DNA of 64,000 bases from Eledone cirrhosa (taxonomy: Eukaryota): NCBI GenBank assembly GCA_964016885.1, contig OZ024747.1:80042001-80106000 (forward strand), written 5' to 3'. Both the position numbers and the translations under genes were made by a program. Shown here piece after piece: positions 44,802 through 57,694 of this stretch; the first letter of the stretch is position 1, and each line of letters begins with the position of its first letter. Below the pieces are notes generated by a model. It did no database searches. It was not told where the DNA came from and worked only from the letters and a program-made list of their open reading frames with translations.

Positions 44802-44872
44802 TATTTTATTATGCGCATTTCAAAAACAAATATCATCATGCAATAACATTTGTGTTTTCATCAGATAAAATA
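44802..44872 (-). ncRNA. Type I hammerhead ribozyme motif
   Basis: UAUUUUAU-CUGAUGA-long helix II-GAAA U GCGC AUA^AUAAAAUA; perfect 8-bp helix I; palindromic helix III region AUGCGCAU. Confidence 0.78.
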
Positions 44873-44927
44873 GGAAGACCTGATATGAAGGTTAAAAACA
44901 CTTGTGGATAGTGCAGTTTTAAATCAA

Positions 44928-45500
<573 letters not shown>

Positions 45501-45793
45501 ATTCTATATTTGTTAATATCCACAAAATATATAAATATGTATTCCTATAAATAATATAAACCCATATATAATAAATACAAGTACATCTCTTCCCCAATCC
45601 TCTTTCCTTCTTTGTTTATCTAACCTTTTTAGCTATATGTCTATGTATGAATATTTCTCTTTCTATATAACTCTATACGGGTAAGCAGGATACATATATA
45701 ATATATATATAAACTCGTTGAACAAATATTTATTATAACAACCGATTAAATTTTAAGCAAAGAATCGGTGCTTTCACCCGTAACGGGATCTTC

Positions 45794-45824
<31 letters not shown>

Positions 45825-45831
<7 letters not shown>

Positions 45832-48496
45832 TAATTTAATATATCAACTAACATAAGCGCACAGATGCACGCCCATGCCAGCAAATACACAGGTTATGTC
45901 ATAGTACCTAGGTGGTTCAATGCAGGAGAATGCAGAACAATAATATAAAGGACGTAAAATAAAAAAATATTTTTTTAAAAAAATTTAAAAAAAATTTTTT
46001 TCTTACTTAAATTTTCACTCCAACTAATTAGTTTCTGCAATGGGATAAAGACAGTTACGTAATCCAACTGTCGAGAATTCATTGCGTCATCAGGAAGTCT
46101 ATTCTCAGTTAAGTCTCCAGGCAATGCGCGGACACTGGCGGCTCATATAAAAATAATAATAATTCGGTAGATCGAACAGCTTGCGAGGACTGGATTCTAT
46201 GTACCGAAATTCTCACTGCTTCAAGTCAAATGGCCGATTCTAAAGAATCAATCACGTGACACAGAGGCTAGTTAGAAGGAATGGGATGGTAAGATGACTG
46301 ACGCCTACTAACACCCCAAAAAAAATTTTTTTAGAAGTGGTTTTGACAAGTTTGCTCGACAAATCAGTGATTTGGAGATAAATATAGATAATTTAATATA
46401 TCAACTAACATAAGCGCACAGATGCACGCCCATGCCAGCAAATACACAGGTTATGTCATAGTACCTAGGTGGTTCAATGCAGGAGAATGCAGAACAATAA
46501 TATAAAGGACGTAAAATAAAAAAATATTTTTTTAAAAAAATTTAAAAAAAATTTTTTTCTTACTTAAATTTTCACTCCAACTAATTAGTTTCTGCAATGG
46601 GATAAAGACAGTTACGTAATCCAACTGTCGAGAATTCATTGCGTCATCAGGAAGTCTATTCTCAGTTAAGTCTCCAGGCAATGCGCGGACACTGGCGGCT
46701 CATATAAAAATAATAATAATTCGGTAGATCGAACAGCTTGCGAGGACTGGATTCTATGTACCGAAATTCTCACTGCTTCAAGTCAAATGGCCGATTCTAA
46801 AGAATCAATCACGTGACACAGAGGCTAGTTAGAAGGAATGGGATGGTAAGATGACTGACGCCTACTAACACCCCAAAAAAAATTTTTTTAGAAGTGGTTT
46901 TGACAAGTTTGCTCGACAAATCAGTGATTTGGAGATAAATATAGATAATTTAATATATCAACTAACATAAGCGCACAGATGCACGCCCATGCCAGCAAAT
47001 ACACAGGTTATGTCATAGTACCTAGGTGGTTCAATGCAGGAGAATGCAGAACAATAATATAAAGGACGTAAAATAAAAAAATATTTTTTTAAAAAAATTT
47101 AAAAAAAAATTTTTTCTTACTTAAATTTTCACTCCAACTAATTAGTTTCTGCAATGGGATAAAGACAGTTACGTAATCCAACTGTCGAGAATTCATTGCG
47201 TCATCAGGAAGTCTATTCTCAGTTAAGTCTCCAGGCAATGCGCGGACACTGGCGGCTCATATAAAAATAATAATAATTCGGTAGATCGAACAGCTTGCGA
47301 GGACTGGATTCTATGTACCGAAATTCTCACTGCTTCAAGTCAAATGGCCGATTCTAAAGAATCAATCACGTGACACAGAGGCTAGTTAGAAGGAATGGGA
47401 TGGTAAGATGACTGACGCCTACTAACACCCCAAAAAAAATTTTTTTAGAAGTGGTTTTGACAAGTTTGCTCGACAAATCAGTGATTTGGAGATAAATATA
47501 GATAATTTAATATATCAACTAACATAAGCGCACAGATGCACGCCCATGCCAGCAAATACACAGGTTATGTCATAGTACCTAGGTGTCAATGCAGGAGAAT
47601 GCAGAACAATAATATAAAGGACGTAAAATAAAAAAATATTTTTTTAAAAAAATTAAAAAAAAATTTTTTTCTTACTTAAATTTTCACTCCAACTAATTAG
47701 TTTCTGCAATGGGATAAAGACAGTTACGTAATCCAACTGTCGAGAATTCATTGCGTCATCAGGAAGTCTATTCTCAGTTAAGTCTCCAGGTAATGCGCGG
47801 ACACTGGCGGCTCATATAAAAATAATAATAATTCGGTAGATCGAACAGCTTGCGAGGACTGGATTCTATGTACCGAAATTCTCACTGCTTCAAGTCAAAT
47901 GGCCGATTCTAAAGAATCAATCACGTGACACAGAGGCTAGTTAGAAGGAATGGGATGGTAAGATGACTGACGCCTACTAACACCCCAAAAAAAATTTTTT
48001 TAGAAGTGGTTTTGACAAGTTTGCTCGACAAATCAGTGATTTGGAGATAAATATAGATAATTTAATATATCAACTAACATAAGCGCACAGATGCACGCCC
48101 ATGCCAGCAAATACACAGGTTATGTCATAGTACCTAGGTGGTTCAATGCAGGAGAATGCAGAACAATAATATAAAGGACGTAAAATAAAAAAATATTTTT
48201 TTAAAAAAATTTAAAAAAAATTTTTTTCTTACTTAAATTTTCACTCCAACTAATTAGTTTCTGCAATGGGATAAAGACAGTTACGTAATCCAACTGTCGA
48301 GAATTCATTGCGTCATCAGGAAGTCTATTCTCAGTTAAGTCTCCAGGCAATGCGCGGACACTGGCGGCTCATATAAAAATAATAATAATTCGGTAGATCG
48401 AACAGCTTGCGAGGACTGGATTCTATGTACCGAAATTCTCACTGCTTCAAGTCAAATGGCCGATTCTAAAGAATCAATCACGTGACACAGAGGCTA
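45825..48496 (-). repeat. 557-bp tandem array, left arm (~4.8 units), hammerhead on the minus strand
   Basis: Unit starts at 45830, 46387, 46944, 47501 and 48056; begins at a (TA)n tract. Confidence 0.97.
46017..46098 (-). ncRNA. Type I hammerhead ribozyme in the 557-bp unit (also 46574-46655, 47131-47212, 47686-47767, 48243-48324)
   Basis: Reverse complement of the motif at 48992-49073. Confidence 0.8.
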
Positions 48497-51400
48497 AGAA
48501 ACTAATTAGTTGGAGTGAAAATTTAAGTAAGAAAAAAATTTTTTTTAAATTTTTTTAAAAAAATATTTTTTTATTTTACGTCCTTTATATTATTGTTCTG
48601 CATTCTCCTGCATTGAACCACCTAGGTACTATGACATAACCTGTGTATTTGCTGGCATGGGCGTGCATCTGTGCGCTTATGTTAGTTGATATATTAAATT
48701 ATCTATATTTATCTCCAAATCACTGATTTGTCGAGCAAACTTGTCAAAACCACTTCTAAAAAAATTTTTTTTGGGGTGTTAGTAGGCGTCAGTCATCTTA
48801 CCATCCCATTCCTTCTAACTAGCCTCTGTGTCACGTGATTGATTCTTTAGAATCGGCCATTTGACTTGAAGCAGTGAGAATTTCGGTACATAGAATCCAG
48901 TCCTCGCAAGCTGTTCGATCTACCGAATTATTATTATTTTTATATGAGCCGCCAGTGTCCGCGCATTGCCTGGAGACTTAACTGAGAATAGACTTCCTGA
49001 TGACGCAATGAATTCTCGACAGTTGGATTACGTAACTGTCTTTATCCCATTGCAGAAACTAATTAGTTGGAGTGAAAATTTAAGTAAGAAAAAAATTTTT
49101 TTTAAATTTTTTTAAAAAAATATTTTTTTATTTTACGTCCTTTATATTATTGTTCTGCATTCTCCTGCATTGAACCACCTAGGTACTATGACATAACCTG
49201 TGTATTTGCTGGCATGGGCGTGCATCTGTGCGCTTATGTTAGTTGATATATTAAATTATCTATATTTATCTCCAAATCACTGATTTGTCGAGCAAACTTG
49301 TCAAAACCACTTCTAAAAAAAATTTTTTTTGGGGTGTTAGTAGGCGTCAGTCATCTTACCATCCCATTCCTTCTAACTAGCCTCTGTGTCACGTGATTGA
49401 TTCTTTAGAATCGGCCATTTGACTTGAAGCAGTGAGAATTTCGGTACATAGAATCCAGTCCTCGCAAGCTGTTCGATCTACCGAATTATTATTATTTTTA
49501 TATGAGCCGCCAGTGTCCGCGCATTGCCTGGAGACTTAACTGAGAATAGACTTCCTGATGACGCAATGAATTCTCGACAGTTGGATTACGTAACTGTCTT
49601 TATCCCATTGCAGAAACTAATTAGTTGGAGTGAAAATTTAAGTAAGAAAAAATTTTTTTTTAAATTTTTTTAAAAAAATATTTTTTTATTTTACGTCCTT
49701 TATATTATTGTTCTGCATTCTCCTGCATTGAACCACCTAGGTACTATGACATAACCTGTGTATTTGCTGGCATGGGCGTGCATCTGTGCGCTTATGTTAG
49801 TTGATATATTAAATTATCTATATTTATCTCCAAATCACTGATTTGTCGAGCAAACTTGTCAAAACCACTTCTAAAAAAATTTTTTTTGGGGTGTTAGTAG
49901 GCGTCAGTCATCTTACCATCCCATTCCTTCTAACTAGCCTCTGTGTCACGTGATTGATTCTTTAGAATCGGCCATTTGACTTGAAGCAGTGAGAATTTCG
50001 GTACATAGAATCCAGTCCTCGCAAGCTGTTCGATCTACCGAATTATTATTATTTTTATATGAGCCGCCAGTGTCCGCGCATTGCCTGGAGACTTAACTGA
50101 GAATAGACTTCCTGATGACGCAATGAATTCTCGACAGTTGGATTACGTAACTGTCTTTATCCCATTGCAGAAACTAATTAGTTGGAGTGAAAATTTAAGT
50201 AAGAAAAAAATTTTTTTTAAATTTTTTTAAAAAAATATTTTTTTATTTTACGTCCTTTATATTATTGTTCTGCATTCTCCTGCATTGAACCACCTAGGTA
50301 CTATGACATAACCTGTGTATTTGCTGGCATGGGCGTGCATCTGTGCGCTTATGTTAGTTGATATATTAAATTATCTATATTTATCTCCAAATCACTGATT
50401 TGTCGAGCAAACTTGTCAAAACCACTTCTAAAAAAATTTTTTTTGGGGTGTTAGTAGGCGTCAGTCATCTTACCATCCCATTCCTTCTAACTAGCCTCTG
50501 TGTCACGTGATTGATTCTTTAGAATCGGCCATTTGACTTGAAGCAGTGAGAATTTCGGTACATAGAATCCAGTCCTCGCAAGCTGTTCGATCTACCGAAT
50601 TATTATTATTTTTATATGAGCCGCCAGTGTCCGCGCATTGCCTGGAGACTTAACTGAGAATAGACTTCCTGATGACGCAATGAATTCTCGACAGTTGGAT
50701 TACGTAACTGTCTTTATCCCATTGCAGAAACTAATTAGTTGGAGTGAAAATTTAAGTAAGAAAAAAATTTTTTTTAAATTTTTTTAAAAAAATATTTTTT
50801 TATTTTACGTCCTTTATATTATTGTTCTGCATTCTCCTGCATTGAACCACCTAGGTACTATGACATAACCTGTGTATTTGCTGGCATGGGCGTGCATCTG
50901 TGCGCTTATGTTAGTTGATATATTAAATTATCTATATTTATCTCCAAATCACTGATTTGTCGAGCAAACTTGTCAAAACCACTTCTAAAAAAATTTTTTT
51001 TGGGGTGTTAGTAGGCGTCAGTCATCTTACCATCCCATTCCTTCTAACTAGCCTCTGTGTCACGTGATTGATTCTTTAGAATCGGCCATTTGACTTGAAG
51101 CAGTGAGAATTTCGGTACATAGAATCCAGTCCTCGCAAGCTGTTCGATCTACCGAATTATTATTATTTTTATATGAGCCGCCAGTGTCCGCGCATTACCT
51201 GGAGACTTAACTGAGAATAGACTTCCTGATGACGCAATGAATTCTCGACAGTTGGATTACGTAACTGTCTTTATCCCATTGCAGAAACTAATTAGTTGGA
51301 GTGAAAATTTAAGTAAGAAAAAAATTTTTTTTTAATTTTTTTAAAAAAATATTTTTTTATTTTACGTCCTTTATATTATTGTTCTGCATTCTCCTGCATT

Positions 51401-53604
51401 GAACCACCTAGGTACTATGACATAACCTGTGTATTTGCTGGCATGGGCGTGCATCTGTGCGCTTATGTTAGTTGATATATTAAATTATCTATATTTATCT
51501 CCAAATCACTGATTTGTCGAGCAAACTTGTCAAAACCACTTCTAAAAAAATTTTTTTTGGGGTGTTAGTAGGCGTCAGTCATCTTACCATCCCATTCCTT
51601 CTAACTAGCCTCTGTGTCACGTGATTGATTCTTTAGAATCGGCCATTTGACTTGAAGCAGTGAGAATTTCGGTACATAGAATCCAGTCCTCGCAAGCTGT
51701 TCGATCTACCGAATTATTATTATTTTTATATGAGCCGCCAGTGTCCGCGCATTGCCTGGAGACTTAACTGAGAATAGACTTCCTGATGACGCAATGAATT
51801 CTCGACAGTTGGATTACGTAACTGTCTTTATCCCATTGCAGAAACTAATTAGTTGGAGTGAAAATTTAAGTAAGAAAAAAATTTTTTTTAAATTTTTTTA
51901 AAAAAATATTTTTTTATTTTACGTCCTTTATATTATTGTTCTGCATTCTCCTGCATTGAACCACCTAGGTACTATGACATAACCTGTGTATTTGCTGGCA
52001 TGGGCGTGCATCTGTGCGCTTATGTTAGTTGATATATTAAATTATCTATATTTATCTCCAAATCACTGATTTGTCGAGCAAACTTGTCAAAACCACTTCT
52101 AAAAAAATTTTTTTTGGGGTGTTAGTAGGCGTCAGTCATCTTACCATCCCATTCCTTCTAACTAGCCTCTGTGTCACGTGATTGATTCTTTAGAATCGGC
52201 CATTTGACTTGAAGCAGTGAGAATTTCGGTACATAGAATCCAGTCCTCGCAAGCTGTTCGATCTACCGAATTATTATTATTTTTATATGAGCCGCCAGTG
52301 TCCGCGCATTACCTGGAGACTTAACTGAGAATAGACTTCCTGATGACGCAATGAATTCTCGACAGTTGGATTACGTAACTGTCTTTATCCCATTGCAGAA
52401 ACTAATTAGTTGGAGTGAAAATTTAAGTAAGAAAAAAATTTTTTTTTAATTTTTTTAAAAAAATATTTTTTTATTTTACGTCCTTTATATTATTGTTCTG
52501 CATTCTCCTGCATTGAACCACCTAGGTACTATGACATAACCTGTGTATTTGCTGGCATGGGCGTGCATCTGTGCGCTTATGTTAGTTGATATATTAAATT
52601 ATCTATATTTATCTCCAAATCACTGATTTGTCGAGCAAACTTGTCAAAACCACTTCTAAAAAAATTTTTTTTGGGGTGTTAGTAGGCGTCAGTCATCTTA
52701 CCATCCCATTCCTTCTAACTAGCCTCTGTGTCACGTGATTGATTCTTTAGAATCGGCCATTTGACTTGAAGCAGTGAGAATTTCGGTACATAGAATCCAG
52801 TCCTCGCAAGCTGTTCGATCTACCGAATTATTATTATTTTTATATGAGCCGCCAGTGTCCGCGCATTGCCTGGAGACTTAACTGAGAATAGACTTCCTGA
52901 TGACGCAATGAATTCTCGACAGTTGGATTACGTAACTGTCTTTATCCCATTGCAGAAACTAATTAGTTGGAGTGAAAATTTAAGTAAGAAAAAAATTTTT
53001 TTTAAATTTTTTTAAAAAAATATTTTTTTATTTTACGTCCTTTATATTATTGTTCTGCATTCTCCTGCATTGAACCACCTAGGTACTATGACATAACCTG
53101 TGTATTTGCTGGCATGGGCGTGCATCTGTGCGCTTATGTTAGTTGATATATTAAATTATCTATATTTATCTCCAAATCACTGATTTGTCGAGCAAACTTG
53201 TCAAAACCACTTCTAAAAAAATTTTTTTTGGGGTGTTAGTAGGCGTCAGTCATCTTACCATCCCATTCCTTCTAACTAGCCTCTGTGTCACGTGATTGAT
53301 TCTTTAGAATCGGCCATTTGACTTGAAGCAGTGAGAATTTCGGTACATAGAATCCAGTCCTCGCAAGCTGTTCGATCTACCGAATTATTATTATTTTTAT
53401 ATGAGCCGCCAGTGTCCGCGCATTGCCTGGAGACTTAACTGAGAATAGACTTCCTGATGACGCAATGAATTCTCGACAGTTGGATTACGTAACTGTCTTT
53501 ATCCCATTGCAGAAACTAATTAGTTGGAGTGAAAATTTAAGTAAGAAAAAAATTTTTTTTAAATTTTTTTAAAAAAATATTTTTTTATTTTACGTCCTTT
53601 ATAT
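48497..53604 (+). repeat. 557-bp tandem array, right arm (9 units plus ~94 bp), inverted relative to the left arm
   Basis: AGAAACTAATTAG recurs at 48497, 49054, 49612, 50169, 50726, 51283, 51840, 52397, 52954 and 53511; ends in (TA)n. Confidence 0.97.
48992..49073 (+). ncRNA. Type I hammerhead ribozyme in the 557-bp unit (8 further copies every ~557 bp up to 53449-53530)
   Basis: ACUUC-CUGAUGA-c GCAAUG..GACAGUU loop AACUGUC..CAUUGC a-GAAAC UAAUUA GUU^GGAGU; helix I ACUUC/GGAGU; palindromic AACUAAUUAGUU in helix III. Confidence 0.82.
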
Positions 53605-53690
53605 ATATATATATATATATATAGTAAAAATGTGAAGACTAAAATCAAAAGAGGGCTCGATATGGATAAATATATATCAAATATATAAGA

Positions 53691-53754
<64 letters not shown>

Positions 53755-53896
53755 ATATATATACGCAAAAGGGATATTTAATTTGTTGGTAATTCAACAA
53801 ATATATATGTTTATAACTGATTCGAAGCACTCGACAGTTTTTCTGGAGTATATCAATAATATTAATAAATGGAAACTTTATTTATAGATCCATATT

Positions 53897-53957
53897 TATT
53901 CTATTATATATATTTCAAGGGTACCAAAACTTTGGTACGCTCTCATCAGATAAAATA
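53897..53957 (-). ncRNA. Type I hammerhead ribozyme motif
   Basis: UAUUUUAU-CUGAUGA-GAGcGUACCAA..UUGGUACcCUU-GAAA U AUAU AUA^AUAGAAUA; lies in an insert between (AT)n tracts. Confidence 0.75.
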
Positions 53958-54070
53958 CAAGGAAATCCAGGAAAAACTTGAACTGTTAAGATCTCCTTCC
54001 CGCATATCTCAATATATATAGGAGAAAGTATGACCCCGACGGCAGAGCTCAAGCCGTTTTGACGGCTATT

Positions 54071-54113
<43 letters not shown>

Positions 54114-54116
<3 letters not shown>

Positions 54117-54268
54117 GAGGTTTCAGTTTTCAAATCACCTATTCAGACTACAGAATGTGACATTGTTTTAGGATGTTTTTAGTTGACGTCTACCGGGCAA
54201 CATGTACGCCGTATCTAAGATCCTAAGAAATCTGAAGAGGCGATCGATCTGAAAACTGAAACTTCAAA
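54114..54268. repeat. Degenerate inverted repeat (~34-bp arms) next to (AT)n
   Basis: GAGGTTTCAGTTTTCAAATCACCTATTCAGA versus TCTGAAGAGGCGATCGATCTGAAAACTGAAACTTC. Confidence 0.6.
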
Positions 54269-54290
54269 AAAACAAAACAATTCAGTTATT

Positions 54291-54511
54291 AATGATTTCT
54301 AGTATAGGCATATGGCTAGTAATTTGGGGGAGGGGAAAGTCGATTAAAATCGACCCCAGTTCGTTACTGGTACTTTACTTTATCGACCCCATAAGGATGA
54401 AAGGCGAAGTTAACCTCAGCAGGATTTGAACTCAAACCGTAAAGGGCCGTAACTCTATACTGCAAAGAATGGTCTCCGACTCTCTACCGATACTGCCAAT
54501 CCACCGCCCTT
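54291..54511 (-). mobile_element. Near full-length SINE (Deu/Nin-like family)
   Basis: Minus strand GGGCGGTGGATTGGCAGTATCGGTAGAG (A-box-like), GAGTTCAAATCC (B-box), conserved core, ends AGAAATCATT. Confidence 0.8.
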
Positions 54512-55294
54512 CAATTCGGTTATTAATAAGAGGAGTTGAAATAAACCCATGCAAGATTTCAAAGCTCTAGCATCAATCCTTCATAGTCAGCGTATGAACT
54601 TCTCGGCCGACCCTCGTATATTTTGCAAGTTATAAGTACCGTGTAACTCTAGCTGTATAAAGCTGATAGACAAACTGCTGTTCTGGTCAGTGGTTATGTC
54701 TTATGTAGCATCCCGATGCCAAGTAATCACTTAATCTATCATCACTGATAGATTTACTGATAGCTTCATGAATGTTGTAGCTATCATTATCAATGCAACT
54801 CTTTTTGATGTCAATATTGATTTCTAACATTGGCATAAGGCCACATAATTTCTTGTTAGCTGATTAATCGTCTCAAGTAATATATTACTGGTGCTTGATT
54901 CATCGACCTCAGATGGAGGAAAGACACAGTCAACATAAAGGCATATAACTAAGTACCGTGCGGTGTTTAGTCCCGCCTTTTGTTCTTCCTATATCTTATC
55001 GTCTCTAATGATACAAATAGTGATTTCCAATTTAAGTAAAAGGCAGAAGAGTGGTTGAGGACTCTCCGTTCAAGATCAATATATATATATATAGACGATG
55101 GTAACGCGGAAAACCAGATAAATAAAATCTTAGAGCTCTTATTATATACCGCAAAACTACTGTTGGATCAAATCCCTCTTTCCTTCCTCGCGATTTCGTT
55201 TCAATACTTGACAGAGTCGTAGGGGCGGAGTTGAGCATTTAAAACCCGATGGAGCCCATCCTTTCTTCATGTCTGAATACAATTGATTTCTTTG

Positions 55295-55337
<43 letters not shown>

Positions 55338-55361
55338 ATGAATGAATGAAAGAAAGAAGAC

Positions 55362-55537
55362 CAACATATTTTGTGGGGAAGGGCTAATCCACATCAGTAC
55401 TTGACTGGTACTTTATTTTATCGACTCCGGATGGATGATAGGAAAAGTTGACCTTGGCGGGATTTGAACTCAGAACATAAACAGTCGGAACAAATACTGC
55501 AATGCTATTTTATCCACCGCTCTATCAATTCTGCCAT
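55362..55537 (-). mobile_element. SINE (same family)
   Basis: CTGGTACTTTATTTTATCGAC..GATTTGAACTCAGAAC on the + strand. Confidence 0.7.
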
Positions 55538-55826
55538 CGATCTTATAGTGATCTCGAAAGATACAAATAAATGTTCGTAAAAAGACTCCAGTTGCATTTT
55601 CGATTTCTTTTTCTTATACTTTCACTCGTGGAGGGCATTTCGGACATCTCGTTTATTTTCATTAAAAAAAAACCTCATTTTCTTTTATATATATATATAC
55701 ACAAAACGCCAGCACCAACAGTTTTGCAAGAGATGTCAACATGAAAGGACCTGTTATTTTTATCTAAAGACATTTTTTCTATTTCCAACCCGCTCGTTCC
55801 CACAATCTATCTTATTTCTCATTCTT

Positions 55827-55862
55827 TCTTCTGATGAAGGACTAGCGTCCGAAACGTTAAGA
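55827..55862 (+). ncRNA. Minimal hammerhead motif of Penelope pLTR type
   Basis: UCUU-CUGAUGA-a GGAC uagc GUCC-GAAACGUU^AAGA; helix III reduced to the palindrome AACGUU. Confidence 0.6.
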
Positions 55863-56096
55863 CCCTCTTCCTGCTATATCAAGCGTTAACCTAATATATT
55901 CCTTCTATATACTGTACCGATGATTGTGTTATTTCTGTTTACCTTTTACATACATATCTAGGGCGGGTAAAATTCCCGAGATCCATGAACGAGTTCTCTC
56001 CAGCGGGCTCTGTCCCTCATTATCGCTGCCATGTCCTGCGTCTCCAACAGGCCAGTGTCTGTCCTTAGTGCATCAACATACGTTAACCTTGGTTAA

Positions 56097-56197
56097 CTTG
56101 AGATCGGTGTGGAAGTCGGACCTTCGTAAAGACCTGAAAATCCGCCTCTTCATTGCTGTAGTGGAGTCTGTGCTGCTGTACGGGTCTGAGACTTGGA
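56097..56197 (+). pseudogene. Short RTE fragment nearly identical to ~40573-40672
   Basis: LRSVWKSDLRKDLKIRLFIAVVESVLLYGSETW. Confidence 0.8.
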
Positions 56198-56198
56198 T

Positions 56199-56270
<72 letters not shown>

Positions 56271-56491
56271 GTGAGGTTTTTTTACAAAATGAAAAATAAC
56301 CGAGGGGTCCTACACGAGTGAAAGTATAAGGAAAAAAAGATGAAATCGAAAATGCAACTGGAGTCTTATTTAAAAAAAAATATATATATATTTATTTGGT
56401 TCCTTTACCGGTTTCGCAGTTCTTCTGCTTTTCAAAAGTAGAGTTGAGATGGAGGGTCTGTGGTTTTTCTCACATCATATATATATATAAA

Positions 56492-56576
<85 letters not shown>

Positions 56577-56592
56577 GGTGTGGGTGTGTGTG

Positions 56593-56840
56593 TTTGAATT
56601 TCGTATTTCTAAAGAAATACGGTATGTTTATAAATAAAGATTTAGAAAGCCATAGCTATAAAAATTATTGGCAGCTAATGCCACCCAGTGGTGTCCGGCA
56701 GAAGCATTTGAAATTCAACTGGTTCTCGTCAGGACGATCACTCCCGCTCTTGCAACTGCTGTCAGTGATTTTCATAGCTATGGCTTTCTAAATGTTTATT
56801 TATAAACATACCGTATTTCTTTAGAAATACGAAATTCAAA
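56593..56840. repeat. Inverted repeat, 82-bp arms, 84-bp spacer
   Basis: 56593-56674 is the imperfect reverse complement of 56759-56840; follows (AT)n(GT)n. Confidence 0.88.
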
Positions 56841-56973
56841 TACATATTCCTATACAGCTATGTTCGAAGCTAAATTCTAATTCTCTCCCTCTCGTTCTTT
56901 CTCCCCCCTCTCTCTCTCTCTATATATAGAAACACATATATGTACATACATACATGTACACACACACATACAC

Positions 56974-57049
<76 letters not shown>

Positions 57050-57449
57050 ATGCAGGAAGGAATGATAGAAAAAAAAAAGAAAGAATTTCTATACTTTTAA
57101 AATTAATTAAAATTTAACTTTTTTTGTTTCAAATTTAATAAATATTTATCTTAGTGAAACTTTCTGATAAAGAACTTAAGATGGAATCCATATAAAACTT
57201 CTCTTTCTATTTTACTCTCTCCTATTATATAAATCACATACAAATACGTGCCCACCCATAGCCGATGGTCTCTCTCCCTCTCCTACACAAAGCCGATACT
57301 CTATCTCCCTCTCCACCAAACATATATGTGATGAATGTATACATATATGACATATATAATGTTTACATTGTACATTATAATTCTATCTCCTTATAGACCA
57401 TAAAGACTGTGTTGGGTGTATCTAAGTCTACATGTATCCGTATATTTAT

Positions 57450-57694
<245 letters not shown>

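Larger units (their letters stand above)
55582..56367. repeat. Diverged inverted repeats (~100-bp arms) around a ~600-bp composite insert
   Basis: AAGACTCCAGTTGCATTTTCGATTTC..TATACTTTCACTCGTG versus CACGAGTGAAAGTATA..GAAATCGAAAATGCAACTGGAGTCTT. Confidence 0.75.

Noticed and set aside
45825-53604. 5S rRNA, tRNA or snRNA tandem gene cluster, or CRISPR
   Set aside because: No recognisable 5S, tRNA or snRNA sequence and no variable spacers in the unit
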